Assembly: GCA_963664825.1 (NCBI GenBank)
Contig: OY761614.1
Span: 3,410,697 to 3,474,696 of the forward strand
Length of the DNA: 64,000 bases
Direction of reading: 5' to 3'
Source of the DNA: an uncultured Holophaga sp.
Lineage (GTDB): Bacteria > Acidobacteriota > Holophagae > Holophagales > Holophagaceae
This document shows, one piece after another, positions 28,552-37,677 of the stretch. A model generated the notes under the pieces. The model saw nothing but the letters and a program-made list of their open reading frames with translations. It did not search any database and was not told the origin of the DNA. The stretch's first letter is position 1. Every line of letters starts with the position of its first letter. Made by a program: the position numbers and the translations under genes.

Positions 28552-29181
28552 CTAGAAGCGAAGGCCAGCGTTCAGGGAGATCTGGGACTTGGGGTTGAGG
28601 TTCTGGGCAATGTCGAGTTCGGAAACCATCGCGGTCTCCTTCTTCGCCAGGGGCAGGTTGAATTCCACACCCAGGAAGGGCTTCATCTTGCCGGTCTGGA
28701 AGGTATAGCCGCCGCGCAGGGAGAGCCAGGGGCGAGTGAGATCCTGGCCATACACCCCCCCCTTTCCCCCCTGCTCGACCTGAAGGGCATTGCCCTCGTG
28801 GCGCAGTTCCAGGGCGGCCCCGAAATCCACCACCTTGGTCCAGGCCAAGGAGAGACCCAGGCCCATGTATTCATGACGGTAATGGAGGCTCCCCTTGCCG
28901 CCGCCAAAGAGTTGGCCATCCACGAGCAGGTCCTGGCCACCGGTCTTGGGCATCCAGGTGCCCTCGAAGGCCAGACGGGCATCCCCCAGGGGTGAGAGGG
29001 TCAGAATGTCCTGGCTGTAGCGGAGGGCCAAGCCCTTGCTTTTGTCCACGGAGAGCACATCGCCCTCCGCGTTGACATCCCGGGAGGTAATCTGGCTGTA
29101 GAGGAGGCTGACGCTCCGCCCCTGGGCCATGGCCGGGAGAGCGCAAAGGGCGAGGGGGGCGAGGAATATTGCCTTTTTCAT
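28552..29181 (-). CDS. Outer-membrane beta-barrel protein
   Basis: Signal peptide (AMA|Q), amphipathic strands, C-terminal GLRF. Confidence 0.8.
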   Translation of the reverse strand: MKKAIFLAPLALCALPAMAQGRSVSLLYSQITSRDVNAEGDVLSVDKSKGLALRYSQDILTLSPLGDARLAFEGTWMPKTGGQDLLVDGQLFGGGKGSLHYRHEYMGLGLSLAWTKVVDFGAALELRHEGNALQVEQGGKGGVYGQDLTRPWLSLRGGYTFQTGKMKPFLGVEFNLPLAKKETAMVSELDIAQNLNPKSQISLNAGLRF

Positions 29182-29321
29182 TCTTTCTCCAAATTCCGCA
29201 CTGCCGCGGTTCAATCAGACTAAGAAGGAACAGGCCCCGTCCCACAACCGGTTCCGGGATTTCCCGTCAACCAGTCAAAAAACGGGGTTCCTGTTTCATT
29301 CCGGACCCGGCTCGGGGGCGC

Positions 29322-29337
29322 TGGCATCCCTTTCGCC
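29322..29337 (+). promoter_or_regulatory. Candidate sigma54 promoter of the flhA operon
   Basis: TGGCATCCCTTTCGC = GG-N10-GC; would give a very short leader. Confidence 0.45.
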
Positions 29338-29358
29338 CTTTACCCGGCGGGTGTCAGA

Positions 29359-31452
29359 ATGCTGACCTTCTTGGATCGTCTATTGCCGTATTTTGCCCGC
29401 TTGTCCAAGCGGGTGGATCTGGCTGCGCCCATTTTCGTGGTCATCGTGATGATCGTGATGATCATGCCGGTGCCGGCCTGGGTGCTGGATCTCCTGATCG
29501 TCCTCAATATCACCCTTTCCCTGCTGATCCTCATGGTCGGCATGTACGTGGCCCGGCCCCAGGAGTTCAACGCCTACCCGTCGATCCTCCTCATGGTGAC
29601 GCTCTTCCGCCTCAGCCTGAACGTGGCGGCCACCCGGCGCATCCTCCTCTTCGGGGGCGAGCAGGGAGCGGATGCCGCGGGCAACATGATCAAGGCCTTC
29701 GGCAACTTCGTGGTGGGCGGCAGCTACATCATCGGCCTGGTGGTCTTCCTCATCCTGCTGGCCATCCAGTTCATCGTCATCAACCACGGCGCCGGGCGCA
29801 TCGCCGAAGTGACGGCGCGCTTCACCCTGGACGCCATGCCCGGCAAACAGATGGCCATCGACGCAGATCTGAACGCGGGCTACATCGATGAGAACGAGGC
29901 CCGGAAGCGCCGCAAGGACCTGACCGAAGAGGCCAATTTCTATGGCGCCATGGATGGCGCCGTGAAGTTCACCCAGCGGGATTCCATCGCGGCGCTCCTC
30001 ATCCTGGTGGTCAATATCATCGCCGGCATTCTCATCGGCATCGTCAAATACGATATGCCGGTGATGCAGGCCCTGCAGACCTTCACGCTCCTGACGGTAG
30101 GCGACGGACTGGTGACGGCCATCCCCAGTCTGCTCATCAGCGTGGGCGGCGCCATTCTCACCACCCGCAGCGGCAGCGCTTCCCTCAATCTGGGCTCGGA
30201 AGTGGTGGGCCAATTGGGCGGATATCCCAAGCCCCTGGCCATCGCAGCGGTGGTGCTGATGCTCTTCGGCGCGGCTCCGGGCCTGCCCCTGGTGCCCTTC
30301 TGGTTCATGGGCCTGCTCTTCGGAATCATGGCCTACGCGGCCTGGAAGATGGGGGATCGCAGGAAGGCCGATAAGACCCTGGCGGAGGCCAAGGAGAAGC
30401 TCAAGCCCGCCGAGGGCCCGGAACGGGTGGAGACCCTCCTCAAGGTGGACCCCCTGGGACTGGAAGTCGGCTACGGGCTGATCCCCCTGCTGGACGCGGG
30501 CCAGGGCGGCACGGTGCTAGAACGCATCAAGGCCCTGCGCCGCCAGATGGCCCAGGAACTGGGCATCGTGGTGCCGCCCATCCGCATCCGCGATAACCTC
30601 CAGCTCCCGGCCAACACCTACCGCCTCCTCCTGCGGGGCGAAGAGGTGACCCGCGGGGAGATCCTCCCGGGCATGTTCCTGGCCATGAACCCCGGCACAG
30701 CCACCGAAGAGATCGAGGGCACCTCCACCACCGAACCCGCCTTCGGCCTGCCTGCCTATTGGATCCAGGACAACCAGCGGGATCGCGCCCAGCTCCTGGG
30801 CTACACGGTAGTCGACGGCGCCACCGTGCTCACCACCCACCTTTCGGAAGTCATCAAGCAGCAGGCCCCAGAACTCCTGGGCCGCCCCGAAGTACAGAAC
30901 CTGCTGGATGCCCTCAAGGAGCAGAGCCCCAAGCTGGTGGAGGAATTGGTGCCCAACGTGGTGCCCGTCACCTCTCTCCAGAAGGTGCTCCAGAACCTGC
31001 TCCGGGAGCGCGTCTCCGTCCGCGATCTGGGCCGCATCCTGGAAGCCGTCGCCGATGCCGCAGCCATCACCCGGGACCCGGTCATGCTCACGGAATACGT
31101 GCGCCAGCACCTGGGCCGCGCCCTCACCAGCCCGCACCTCAGCGAGCACAACGAGCTGGGCGTGCTGGTGCTGGATCCCCAGCTGGAGCAGACCCTCCAG
31201 GGGGGCATCGAATCCACGGACCGGGGGAGTTTCCTGGCCCTGGACCCCGCCCGCATCCAGGAGCTGCTCAACCGCATCGCCTCGGGCATCGCGAACCTGT
31301 TGCCCGGCGCTCAGCCCGTCATCCTCACCAACCCGGTGGTGCGCCCCCATCTGCGGCGCCTGCTGGAACGCACCCTGCCCCACCTCGTCGTGCTGAGCCA
31401 CTCGGAGATCCCCACGGATGTGCGGGTGGTCAACCTCGGAACCGTGTCATGA
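29359..31452 (+). CDS. flhA: Flagellar export protein FlhA
   Basis: AEVTARFTLDAMPGKQMAIDADLNAG, FYGAMDGA (FHIPEP signature). Confidence 0.98.
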   Translation: MLTFLDRLLPYFARLSKRVDLAAPIFVVIVMIVMIMPVPAWVLDLLIVLNITLSLLILMVGMYVARPQEFNAYPSILLMVTLFRLSLNVAATRRILLFGGEQGADAAGNMIKAFGNFVVGGSYIIGLVVFLILLAIQFIVINHGAGRIAEVTARFTLDAMPGKQMAIDADLNAGYIDENEARKRRKDLTEEANFYGAMDGAVKFTQRDSIAALLILVVNIIAGILIGIVKYDMPVMQALQTFTLLTVGDGLVTAIPSLLISVGGAILTTRSGSASLNLGSEVVGQLGGYPKPLAIAAVVLMLFGAAPGLPLVPFWFMGLLFGIMAYAAWKMGDRRKADKTLAEAKEKLKPAEGPERVETLLKVDPLGLEVGYGLIPLLDAGQGGTVLERIKALRRQMAQELGIVVPPIRIRDNLQLPANTYRLLLRGEEVTRGEILPGMFLAMNPGTATEEIEGTSTTEPAFGLPAYWIQDNQRDRAQLLGYTVVDGATVLTTHLSEVIKQQAPELLGRPEVQNLLDALKEQSPKLVEELVPNVVPVTSLQKVLQNLLRERVSVRDLGRILEAVADAAAITRDPVMLTEYVRQHLGRALTSPHLSEHNELGVLVLDPQLEQTLQGGIESTDRGSFLALDPARIQELLNRIASGIANLLPGAQPVILTNPVVRPHLRRLLERTLPHLVVLSHSEIPTDVRVVNLGTVS

Positions 31453-31465
31453 GCCTCGGTGAACT

Positions 31466-32752
31466 ATGCGCGTGAAGACCTTCGAAGCCGCCTCCATGCA
31501 GGAGGCCCTCACCGTCATCAAGCAGGAGATGGGCGAAGAGGCCTTCATCCTCTCCACCAAGACCAAGCAGGGGCGCGGCCCCCTGGGCCTGGGCGGCGAG
31601 GCAATCATCGAGGTGACCGCAGCGGTGGATGACGCCGAACAGGCGCCCCTGCCCGTCAGCGGAGGCACCTACGGATTGCGGCCCCCCTTGGCCCACAGGC
31701 CTCCCGAGATGCCCCTCTCCGTCCGCACGGAGGCCAGGCCCGCAGTCGCCCCGCCCAAGGCCCCCCCGCCCCCCCCCATGGACCTGCAGCCCCTGAGGCG
31801 GGAGCTCCTGGAGATCAAGGGCGCCGTCGAGGCCCTGAAGGACCAGGAGACCCGGAACCTCACCATCCTGCGGGAGCTGGACCTGATGAAGGCGCTGCTC
31901 TCGCGCATCCAGCGCCAGGGCATGCCGGCCACCCAGATCCAGCTGCCCCCCAGCCTCCTGGAGCTCTACGGCGGCCTGGTGGCCAATGACGTGGACCCCA
32001 TGATCGCGTTGCGGCTCTGCGAATACACCCAGCGGGCCCTCACCGAGGAAGGCGACGCGGAGATCGTGGACCCCGAAAGGGCCCGGCTCTTCATGCGCCG
32101 GGTCATCGCCAATTTCATCCCGGTGGCCTCCCCCATCCAGATCGAGCCCGGCAAGCTGCGGGTGGCCGCCCTGGTGGGCCCCACGGGGGTAGGCAAGACC
32201 ACTACCATCGCCAAGCTGGCGGCCTACGCCAAGCTGGAGCTCAAGCAGAAGGTGGCCCTCCTCACCCTGGATACCTTCCGCCTGGGCGCCGTGGACCAGT
32301 TGCAGCAGTACGCCCAGATCCTGCAGGTGCCCATGCATGTGGCGCTGACGGTGGAGGATCTGCGTTCAGCCCTGCGCTTCTACCAGGACCGCACCCTGGT
32401 GCTCATCGATACCCCCGGCCACAACCCCAAGGACACCGAGGTGCTCGATCAGCTCCGGCACTTCCTGGAGGAGCTGCCGGACGTGGAGACCCACCTCGTG
32501 CTCTCGGCCACCACCAAGCCCAAGGATCTCTCGGATATCGCCTTGCGCTTCGAGCCCCTCAAGCCGAGCCGCCTCATCTTCACCAAGCTCGATGAGACCT
32601 CCACCTACGGGCCCATTCTGTCGACCCTGGTGCGGGTGAAGCGCCCCCTCTCGTATCTCGGCACCGGCCAGGAAGTGCCCCAGGATCTGGAACTGGCCAC
32701 CAGCCGCCGGGTGGCGGATCTCATCCTTCCCATTCCGCAGGTACTCGCATGA
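31466..32752 (+). CDS. flhF: Flagellar SRP-like GTPase FlhF
   Basis: MRVKTF, GPTGVGKTTTIAKLA, DTPG, TKLDET, GQEVPQDL. Confidence 0.96.
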   Translation: MRVKTFEAASMQEALTVIKQEMGEEAFILSTKTKQGRGPLGLGGEAIIEVTAAVDDAEQAPLPVSGGTYGLRPPLAHRPPEMPLSVRTEARPAVAPPKAPPPPPMDLQPLRRELLEIKGAVEALKDQETRNLTILRELDLMKALLSRIQRQGMPATQIQLPPSLLELYGGLVANDVDPMIALRLCEYTQRALTEEGDAEIVDPERARLFMRRVIANFIPVASPIQIEPGKLRVAALVGPTGVGKTTTIAKLAAYAKLELKQKVALLTLDTFRLGAVDQLQQYAQILQVPMHVALTVEDLRSALRFYQDRTLVLIDTPGHNPKDTEVLDQLRHFLEELPDVETHLVLSATTKPKDLSDIALRFEPLKPSRLIFTKLDETSTYGPILSTLVRVKRPLSYLGTGQEVPQDLELATSRRVADLILPIPQVLA

Positions 32753-32880
32753 TCACCGTGCCCCCCTTCCCCATCGCTCAGGAATCACTCCCCGGTGATT
32801 CCCTCCTCGCCGGGGGACCCGACTCCACGGAGTCCGCCGGACTCCGCTCCGTCACCCGGCGGTCGGGAGGTGCCGCATGA
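32749..32880 (+). other. Palindromic element that also reads as a 43-aa ORF coupling flhF to flhG
   Basis: ATGA overlaps at both ends; MITVPPFPIAQESLPGDSLLAGGPDSTESAGLRSVTRRSGGAA; internal hairpins GGAATCAC/GTGATTCC and CGGAGTCC/GGACTCCG. Confidence 0.6.
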
Positions 32881-33740
32881 CGGACCAAGCCTCTCGTCTC
32901 CGGGCCATGGCCCGCCAACAGGTGCCCGAAGCGACCCTCTTCAGCTCCCGGGTCATGGCCATCACATCAGGCAAGGGAGGAGTCGGGAAAACGAACGTGG
33001 TCGCCGGATTGGCCATGTCACTGACCCAGACCGGTCAGCGGGTGGTGGTGCTGGATGCCGATTTCGGCCTGGCCAACCTGGATATCCTGCTGGGCCTCAG
33101 CCCCACCTACACCCTGGAACATGTCCTCCGGGGGGACAAGGTGCTGGAGGAGATCATCCTCGACGGCCCCATGGGCATCCGCATGATCCCGGCCTCCAGC
33201 GGCATCCAGGAACTCACCCGCCTGGATACCGGCGCCGAGCTGCGACTCATCCAGGGCCTCCAGCGGGTCTCGGAGACCACGGACTGGATGCTCATCGATA
33301 CGGCTGCGGGCATCCACGATTCAGTTATCAAGCTCCTCCTGGCTGCCCAGGAAGTGCTGCTGGTGACCACACCGGAGCCCACCTCCCTGGTGGACGCCTA
33401 CGCCATGGTCAAGGTGATCCACCTGCGGGATCCCCATAAACCCATCTGGCTGCTGGTGAACAACGCCCAAAGCGAAGACGAGGCCGAGGAGACCATCGAA
33501 CAGCTCCAGGCCGCCACCCTGCGCTTCCTGGGTCGGGAGCTCAAGGTCCTCGGCATGATCCCCGCCGATCCCTGCCTGCTCCAGTCCGTGCGGGAACAGC
33601 GGGGCGTGGTGGAACGTTTCCCCAGGAGCCCCTCGGCCCTGGCCTTCCGCCAGATCGCCGATCAAATCAAGAAAAAGGTGCCCTTACAAAAAGACGGATT
33701 TGCTTCATTCTGGAAGCAACTAAGCCTTGGGGACCTATGA
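32877..33740 (+). CDS. flhG: MinD-like ATPase FlhG/FleN
   Basis: DQASRLR, SGKGGVGKT, DADFGLANLD. Confidence 0.95.
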   Translation: MTDQASRLRAMARQQVPEATLFSSRVMAITSGKGGVGKTNVVAGLAMSLTQTGQRVVVLDADFGLANLDILLGLSPTYTLEHVLRGDKVLEEIILDGPMGIRMIPASSGIQELTRLDTGAELRLIQGLQRVSETTDWMLIDTAAGIHDSVIKLLLAAQEVLLVTTPEPTSLVDAYAMVKVIHLRDPHKPIWLLVNNAQSEDEAEETIEQLQAATLRFLGRELKVLGMIPADPCLLQSVREQRGVVERFPRSPSALAFRQIADQIKKKVPLQKDGFASFWKQLSLGDL

Positions 33741-34639
33741 ATCCGACGAAGAAGGCTATCCCTTCGCCGCCGAAGCTATCGGCGCCCCCCCAAGGTGCGC
33801 CCAAATCCGTTGTCGGCCGGGCAGCGGCGGCGGCTTATCAGAAGTCGGCCGCCCTGCCACCCTATGAAGAGCTTCCGGTGGCCGAGCCAAATCAGCACTC
33901 CCGGCCTGAGTTTTCCGAGGACCTGGATGTCTTCCAGGACCGGGAGACCCTCATCACCGAGTGCCTGCCCCTGGTCAAGTTCGTGGCCCACCGGATCTCG
34001 GCCCGCCTGCCCGCCCACGTGGAACTGGACGATCTCATCCACTCCGGGATCCTGGGCCTGATGGACGCCCTCAAGAAATTCGAGCCCGGCCGCAACGTGA
34101 AATTCAAGACCTACGCCGAGCAGCGCATCCGGGGCGCCATCCTGGATGGTCTCCGGGATCTGGACTGGATACCGCGCTCCCTGCGCCGCAAGAAGAAGGA
34201 CATCGAGGGTGCCTACCACGCCCTGGAACAACAATTCGGAAGGGCCGCCACGGATGAGGAGGTGGCCAAACACCTGGAGATGCCCCTCGAGGAGCTCCAC
34301 AAGTCCCTGGACGAACTCAAGGGCATCACCCTGGGCGCCTTCATGGACGCGGGGGAGGATGGCGAAGGGGAAAACCTCATCAGCTTCGTCCCCGATCCCG
34401 ATGCGGAGGACCCCTCCATCACCCTTCAGGCCCGGGAACTCCGGGCGATGTTGAAGCTGGCCGTGGATCTGCTGCCCACCAAGGAACGTTTCGTGGTCCA
34501 GCTCTACTACTTCGACGAGCTAACCATGAAGGAAATCGGCACCCTCCTCAATATCACCGAGAGTCGGGTATCGCAATTGCATACTAAGTCCATGCTCCGA
34601 CTCCGGGGCAAGCTCAAAGAACGCCAGATCCACAGTTGA
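33737..34639 (+). CDS. fliA: Flagellar sigma factor (sigma-28) with Pro/Ala-rich N-terminal extension
   Basis: RIRGAILDGLRDLDW, TESRVSQLH. Confidence 0.95.
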   Translation: MNPTKKAIPSPPKLSAPPQGAPKSVVGRAAAAAYQKSAALPPYEELPVAEPNQHSRPEFSEDLDVFQDRETLITECLPLVKFVAHRISARLPAHVELDDLIHSGILGLMDALKKFEPGRNVKFKTYAEQRIRGAILDGLRDLDWIPRSLRRKKKDIEGAYHALEQQFGRAATDEEVAKHLEMPLEELHKSLDELKGITLGAFMDAGEDGEGENLISFVPDPDAEDPSITLQARELRAMLKLAVDLLPTKERFVVQLYYFDELTMKEIGTLLNITESRVSQLHTKSMLRLRGKLKERQIHS

Positions 34640-34654
34640 TTTCCAGGTGCCTTG

Positions 34655-35674
34655 ATGGCCAAGATCCTCAGCCAGGAAGAGGTTGATGCCCTTCTGAAGT
34701 CCCACACCAAGGGGCCCAAGGCGGCCTCTGCCCCCAGTGCAGCCCCCGAAAAGGGCGGTCAGAGTCAGAAGGCAAAAAAAGCCCAGCTACAGAAAAAAGT
34801 CAGCCTCTACAACTTCCGCCGCCCGGACCGGGTCAGCCGGGAGCAGATGCGAACCCTGCATTTCATGCACGATCGCTTCGCCCGGAACTTCTCCAGTTCC
34901 CTATCGGCCTACCTGCGGACCATCACCGAAGTGAACCTGGTGAGTGTGGAGCAGCTCTCCTACCAGGAATTCCTCCTCTCGGTGCCCGACCCCACCTGCT
35001 TCAACGCCATCAGCATCCGGCCCCTGGAGGGCGCCTTCGCCCTCGAGGTCAATCCCCAGCTGGTCTTCCCCATCATCGACAAGATGCTGGGCGGTCCGGG
35101 GGAGGCCCTCAAGCAGATCCGCACCATGACCGACATCGAGCAGAGCATCTTCGAAGGCGTGCTCAAGCTCCTGCTGGAGGACCTCCGGGAGGCGTGGCGG
35201 GGCATCATCGATCTGGACTTCAAGATCCAGGCCCGGGAGACCAGCCCCCAGCTCATCCAGATCGTGGCCCCCAACGAGGTGGTGCTGCTGGTGGTCTTCG
35301 AGGTGAAGATGGGCACCGTGGTGGGCATGGTCAACCTGGCCATCCCCTCCATCATCCTGGAGCCCGTGGCCAACAAGTTCGACCAGGAGATGTATACCGG
35401 CTACAAGAAGTCCAGCACCTTCGAGGAGGCCAAGCTCCTCATCGAAAGCGTCAAGCACTGCGACATGACGGTCTGCGCCGAGATCCGAGGCACCTCCCTG
35501 CGTCTGAGGGATGTGCTGGCCCTTCAGGGCGGGGACCTCATTCCCCTGACCAAGCGCTTCGATGCGGTCCTGGATCTCACCGTGGACGGCATCCCGCGCT
35601 GTCAGGGCTACATCGCACTCAATGCCAACCAGAAGCGCGTATTCCAAGTCACTTCCACCAGACAGGAGGGATGA
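34655..35674 (+). CDS. fliM: Flagellar motor switch protein FliM
   Basis: ILSQEEVDALL CheY-binding peptide; YNFRRPDR. Confidence 0.96.
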   Translation: MAKILSQEEVDALLKSHTKGPKAASAPSAAPEKGGQSQKAKKAQLQKKVSLYNFRRPDRVSREQMRTLHFMHDRFARNFSSSLSAYLRTITEVNLVSVEQLSYQEFLLSVPDPTCFNAISIRPLEGAFALEVNPQLVFPIIDKMLGGPGEALKQIRTMTDIEQSIFEGVLKLLLEDLREAWRGIIDLDFKIQARETSPQLIQIVAPNEVVLLVVFEVKMGTVVGMVNLAIPSIILEPVANKFDQEMYTGYKKSSTFEEAKLLIESVKHCDMTVCAEIRGTSLRLRDVLALQGGDLIPLTKRFDAVLDLTVDGIPRCQGYIALNANQKRVFQVTSTRQEG

Positions 35675-35675
35675 G

Positions 35676-36626
35676 ATGGATCCCGCGACGGCCCAACTCC
35701 TCCAGAAGATCGGTCCCAACTTCGCCGAAAGCATGGGCTCCGTGTTCTCCATGCTCACAGGGCGCGAGTTCGCCGTTGCCTTCACGGTCGGCGAGACCCT
35801 CGATCACGATGCCATCGCCAAGCTCCAGACCGGCGTCACCGTATTCGTGAAGGCCCACTACACCAAGGGCATCACAGGCACCCTCGTCTTTTGTCTTCCG
35901 CTCAAGGAAGGCACCATGCTGGTCGACCTCATGCTCGGCGGAGAGGGCACGCCCTCCACGGAACTGGCCGGGGATTCCCGGGACGCGCTGGCGGAAACCT
36001 TCAACCAGATCCTCGGCAGCGCCAACCAGGCCCTTTCCGATCTGGCAGGAGAGACCCTTTCCATCTCCAACGTGGAGATCTTCTCCATCGAAACCGCCGA
36101 TGAGGCGGGCCTCCAGGAGCTGCTCGGCGCGGGGCCCTTCGATTCTGCGGCCCTGGCCACCACCCAGGAGACCCTCAACACCACCATCCACCTCCTCATC
36201 CCCGATCTGCTCTCGGAGCAGCTCAAGCGCAAGCTGGGCATGGGCCAACCCATCGCCCCCCCCGCCTCCGTTCCACCCTCCACGCCCTCCCCTTCCGCCC
36301 CCGCCCCCCAGGCCCCCGCGGCCCCGGGTCCTGTGTCCACGGGGACACGACAGGCCTCCGTGGATACGGGCAACCTCGATCTCCTGTTGGATATCGAACT
36401 ACCCGTCATGGTGCGCATGGGCCAGACGGAGATGCAGCTGGGCGAGCTCCTGAAGCTCACACCCGGCTCCATCCTCGAACTCAACCGCGCCGCCGACGCC
36501 CCCGTGGAGCTGCTGGTGAATGGCAAGCAGATCGCCAAGGGCGAAGTGGTGGTGGTGGACGGCAACTTCGCCTTCCGCATCACGGAAATCGAGAGCACCG
36601 ATACCCGGATACGCAGCCTAGCCTGA
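35676..36626 (+). CDS. fliN: FliN/FliY-type switch protein (CheC-like domain plus SpoA domain)
   Basis: C-terminal NLDLLLDI...GEVVVVDGNFAFRI; N-terminal CheC-like fold with ETFN. Confidence 0.88.
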   Translation: MDPATAQLLQKIGPNFAESMGSVFSMLTGREFAVAFTVGETLDHDAIAKLQTGVTVFVKAHYTKGITGTLVFCLPLKEGTMLVDLMLGGEGTPSTELAGDSRDALAETFNQILGSANQALSDLAGETLSISNVEIFSIETADEAGLQELLGAGPFDSAALATTQETLNTTIHLLIPDLLSEQLKRKLGMGQPIAPPASVPPSTPSPSAPAPQAPAAPGPVSTGTRQASVDTGNLDLLLDIELPVMVRMGQTEMQLGELLKLTPGSILELNRAADAPVELLVNGKQIAKGEVVVVDGNFAFRITEIESTDTRIRSLA

Positions 36627-36638
36627 ACCCAAGTCGTA

Positions 36639-37088
36639 TCAGGATCCGAGCCCTTCGTGGGCGGGCAAGTGCCTTGCGAGGGCCCGCTGCTGGGCGATGC
36701 GCAGCTGCGCTCGGGCGGCATCGAGGTCCCTGAGGCTTGCGAATTCATCCTCCGTCGCGCAGACGATCCGATCGATGATGGTCACGGACTGAAAGGCGAT
36801 GCCGTAGGCCTCCAGGATGGGGATGGCACGTCGGCTCAGGGTGCCCGTCCACAGATGACGGATGCCGAGGCTCGCGACGAGGAATGCGGCGGCCGCACCC
36901 GTGACCCGGTCGATCAGAAGGGCCTCCTGAAGACCTGGGATGGGTTGAACCTCTTGGAGGGCCTCCAGTTCGAAGAGGGGGTGCAGCCAGTGTCGGCGAC
37001 TGGAAAAGACCGTCGCTTCACCCACCAGGAGTCGCAGGGTCAGGCCCTCGCCCAGGCGCTGTTGGAAGGTGGCGTCCTCCAGGTTCAT
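36639..37088 (-). CDS. DUF1893-like protein
   Basis: FSS..WLHPLFEL, DRVTGAAAA, LSRRA, DRIVCATE. Confidence 0.75.
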   Translation of the reverse strand: MNLEDATFQQRLGEGLTLRLLVGEATVFSSRRHWLHPLFELEALQEVQPIPGLQEALLIDRVTGAAAAFLVASLGIRHLWTGTLSRRAIPILEAYGIAFQSVTIIDRIVCATEDEFASLRDLDAARAQLRIAQQRALARHLPAHEGLGS

Positions 37089-37630
37089 CAGGGCCTTACC
37101 CGTGGGGCCCTGAGACCTTCCAGGAGCCTGAGGGCCGCCCATCCGCCGAGGATCTGGATCAGGATTCCAGGAACCCGGAAGGCGAGCCCGTGCAGGGCGG
37201 GAATCGCGCCCATCGTAAGGCACGCCATTGAAGTCACCAGGGCTTGGTGGACCAGAACGGCCAGGGCCAGGAAGAACACGCTGGTCCTGGAGCATCGCCT
37301 GGAGATCGCTGCCGCCACCGCACCCAGCGCCACGGAGCTGAGGATGACGCCCGTGAGCACCGAGGTTTGAGGCATGCCCGTGAGGCCATGGCTGATGAGC
37401 GGCGAGAGGGTGGCCGTGAACATGGCCGCCGAAAGCCCGAATTCCCACCCCGCGATCAAGGTGAAAAAGAAGATGGGCATCAGGGCGGGGCCCCCCATGG
37501 GTATGCGGTGGACCAGGATGGGAAGGATCACGTTCCCCGCGATCAAGATCGAGCTGATGAGGTAGAGGGATGGGTCGGCCAATCCCAGGGAACGGTCGGC
37601 CAGCATCGGGTTTTCGTGTGCGTGCGACAT
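37088..37630 (-). CDS. ECF transporter S-component-like membrane protein
   Basis: Multiple TM helices; GGPALMPIFFF, SPLISHGLTGMP. Confidence 0.75.
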   Translation of the reverse strand: MSHAHENPMLADRSLGLADPSLYLISSILIAGNVILPILVHRIPMGGPALMPIFFFTLIAGWEFGLSAAMFTATLSPLISHGLTGMPQTSVLTGVILSSVALGAVAAAISRRCSRTSVFFLALAVLVHQALVTSMACLTMGAIPALHGLAFRVPGILIQILGGWAALRLLEGLRAPRVRP

Positions 37631-37677
37631 GGTTCCCCTTCAACCTAGGTGCGTCGGCATAGCCACAGCGCAGCGCC

